Assembly: GCF_963921235.1 (NCBI RefSeq)
Contig: NC_086097.1
Location: 40,488,001 to 40,552,000 of the forward strand
DNA from: Mobula hypostoma
Taxonomy: Eukaryota
DNA: 64,000 nt
Direction: 5' to 3'
Shown: one piece after another, positions 62,936 through 64,000 of the stretch
How positions within the stretch are numbered: position 1 is the stretch's first letter
Layout: the number at the start of each line of letters is the position of its first letter
Translations under genes and position numbers: made by a program
The notes under the pieces: model-generated
The model's input: only the letters and a program-made list of their open reading frames with translations
Told to the model about the DNA's origin: nothing
Databases searched by the model: none

Positions 62936-64000
62936 AAATGCATCAACACTCCCCCTCCTCCCCCCACTGGCTCCAGCAAAAGCATCAACACTCCCCCTCC
63001 CCACTGGCTCCAGCCAAAGCATCAACACTCCTCCTCCCCCCCACACTGGCTCCAGCAAAAGCATCAACACTCCTCCTCTACCCACTGGCTCCAGCAAAAG
63101 CATCAACACTCCTCCTCCTCCCACTGGCTCCAGCAAAAGCATCAACACTCCTCCTCCTCCCACTGGCTCCAGCAAAAGCATCAACACTCCTCCTCCTCCC
63201 CCCCCCCCCACTGGCTCCAGCAAAAGCATCAACACCCCTCCTCCCCCCCCCACTGGCTCCAGCAAAAGCATCAACACTCCTCCTCCCCCCCCACTGGCTC
63301 CAGCAAAAGCATCAACACTCCCCCTCCTCCCCCCACTGGCTCCAGCAAAAGCATCAACACTCCTCCTCCCCCCACTTGCTCCAGCAAAAGCATCAACACT
63401 CCTCCCCCCCTCCCCATTGGCTCCAGCAAAAGCATCAACACCCCCCCCCCAACTGGCTCCAGCAAAAGAATCAACACTCCCCCTCCTCCCCCCACTGGCT
63501 CCAGCAAAAGCATCAACACTCCTCCTTCTCCCCTCCCCACTTGCTCCAGCAAAAGCATCAACACTCCTCCCCCCCCCCCACTGGCTCCAGGAAAAGCATC
63601 AACACCCCTCCTCCACCCACCACTGGCTCCAGCAAAAGCATCAACACTCCTCCTCCTCCCACTGGCTCCAGCAAAAGCATCAACACTCCTCCTCCCCCCC
63701 ACTGGCTCCAGCAAAAGCATCAACACTCCCCCTCCCCCCACTGGCTCCAGCAAAAGCATCAACACTCCTCCTCCTCCCACTGGCTCCAGCAAAAGCATCA
63801 ACACTCCTCCTCCTCCCACTGGCTCCAGCAAAAGCATCAACACTCCCCCTCCCCCCCACTGGCTCCAGCAAAAGCATCAACACTCCCCCTCCTCCCCCCA
63901 CTGGCTCCAGCAAAAGCATCAACACCCCTCCTCCCCCCCCACTGGCTCCAGCAAAAGCATCAACACTCCCCCTCCCCCCACTGGCTCCAGCAAAAGCATC
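62936..64000. repeat. C-rich minisatellite, ~26 units of ~38-48 bp, running off the window
   Basis: Constant core CACTGGCTCCAGCAAAAGCATCAACAC with variable C/T linker. Confidence 0.97.

Noticed and set aside
62813..63925. ORFs of repeated LMLLLEPVGGGG
   Set aside because: Translation of the minisatellite; frame shifts with C-tract length
62936..64000. CRISPR-like constant repeat with variable spacers
   Set aside because: Spacers are slipped C/T tracts, no cas genes, vertebrate context; a minisatellite

Overview
Eukaryotic, repeat-dense vertebrate DNA. The repeat mix (many CR1 LINEs, Penelope-like elements, HE1/V-SINE, Rex1/Babar LINE tails) suggests a cartilaginous fish, probably a ray or shark; this is inference. 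Most of the window is nested, decayed transposons: CR1, Rex1/Babar, RTE and L2 LINEs, Penelope-like elements (RT + GIY-YIG), a decayed Gypsy element, three solo LTRs with target-site duplications (TSDs), Tc1, Tigger and hAT remnants, SINEs and two TE-borne minisatellites. Nearly all listed ORFs are TE fragments, antisense shadows or repeat artefacts. Several short minus-strand segments in unique sequence look like phase-compatible exons of an unidentified host gene, so the window may be largely intronic. The most interesting signals are RNA-level: minimal hammerhead-ribozyme motifs in Penelope termini, and a candidate HDV-like ribozyme with an unusual L3 hairpin starting at the first base of a TSD-flanked RTE-derived short element. 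No prokaryote-type system (CRISPR, operon) is present. Boundaries were read by eye and are approximate unless a TSD is quoted; family names come from motif recognition, not database searches.
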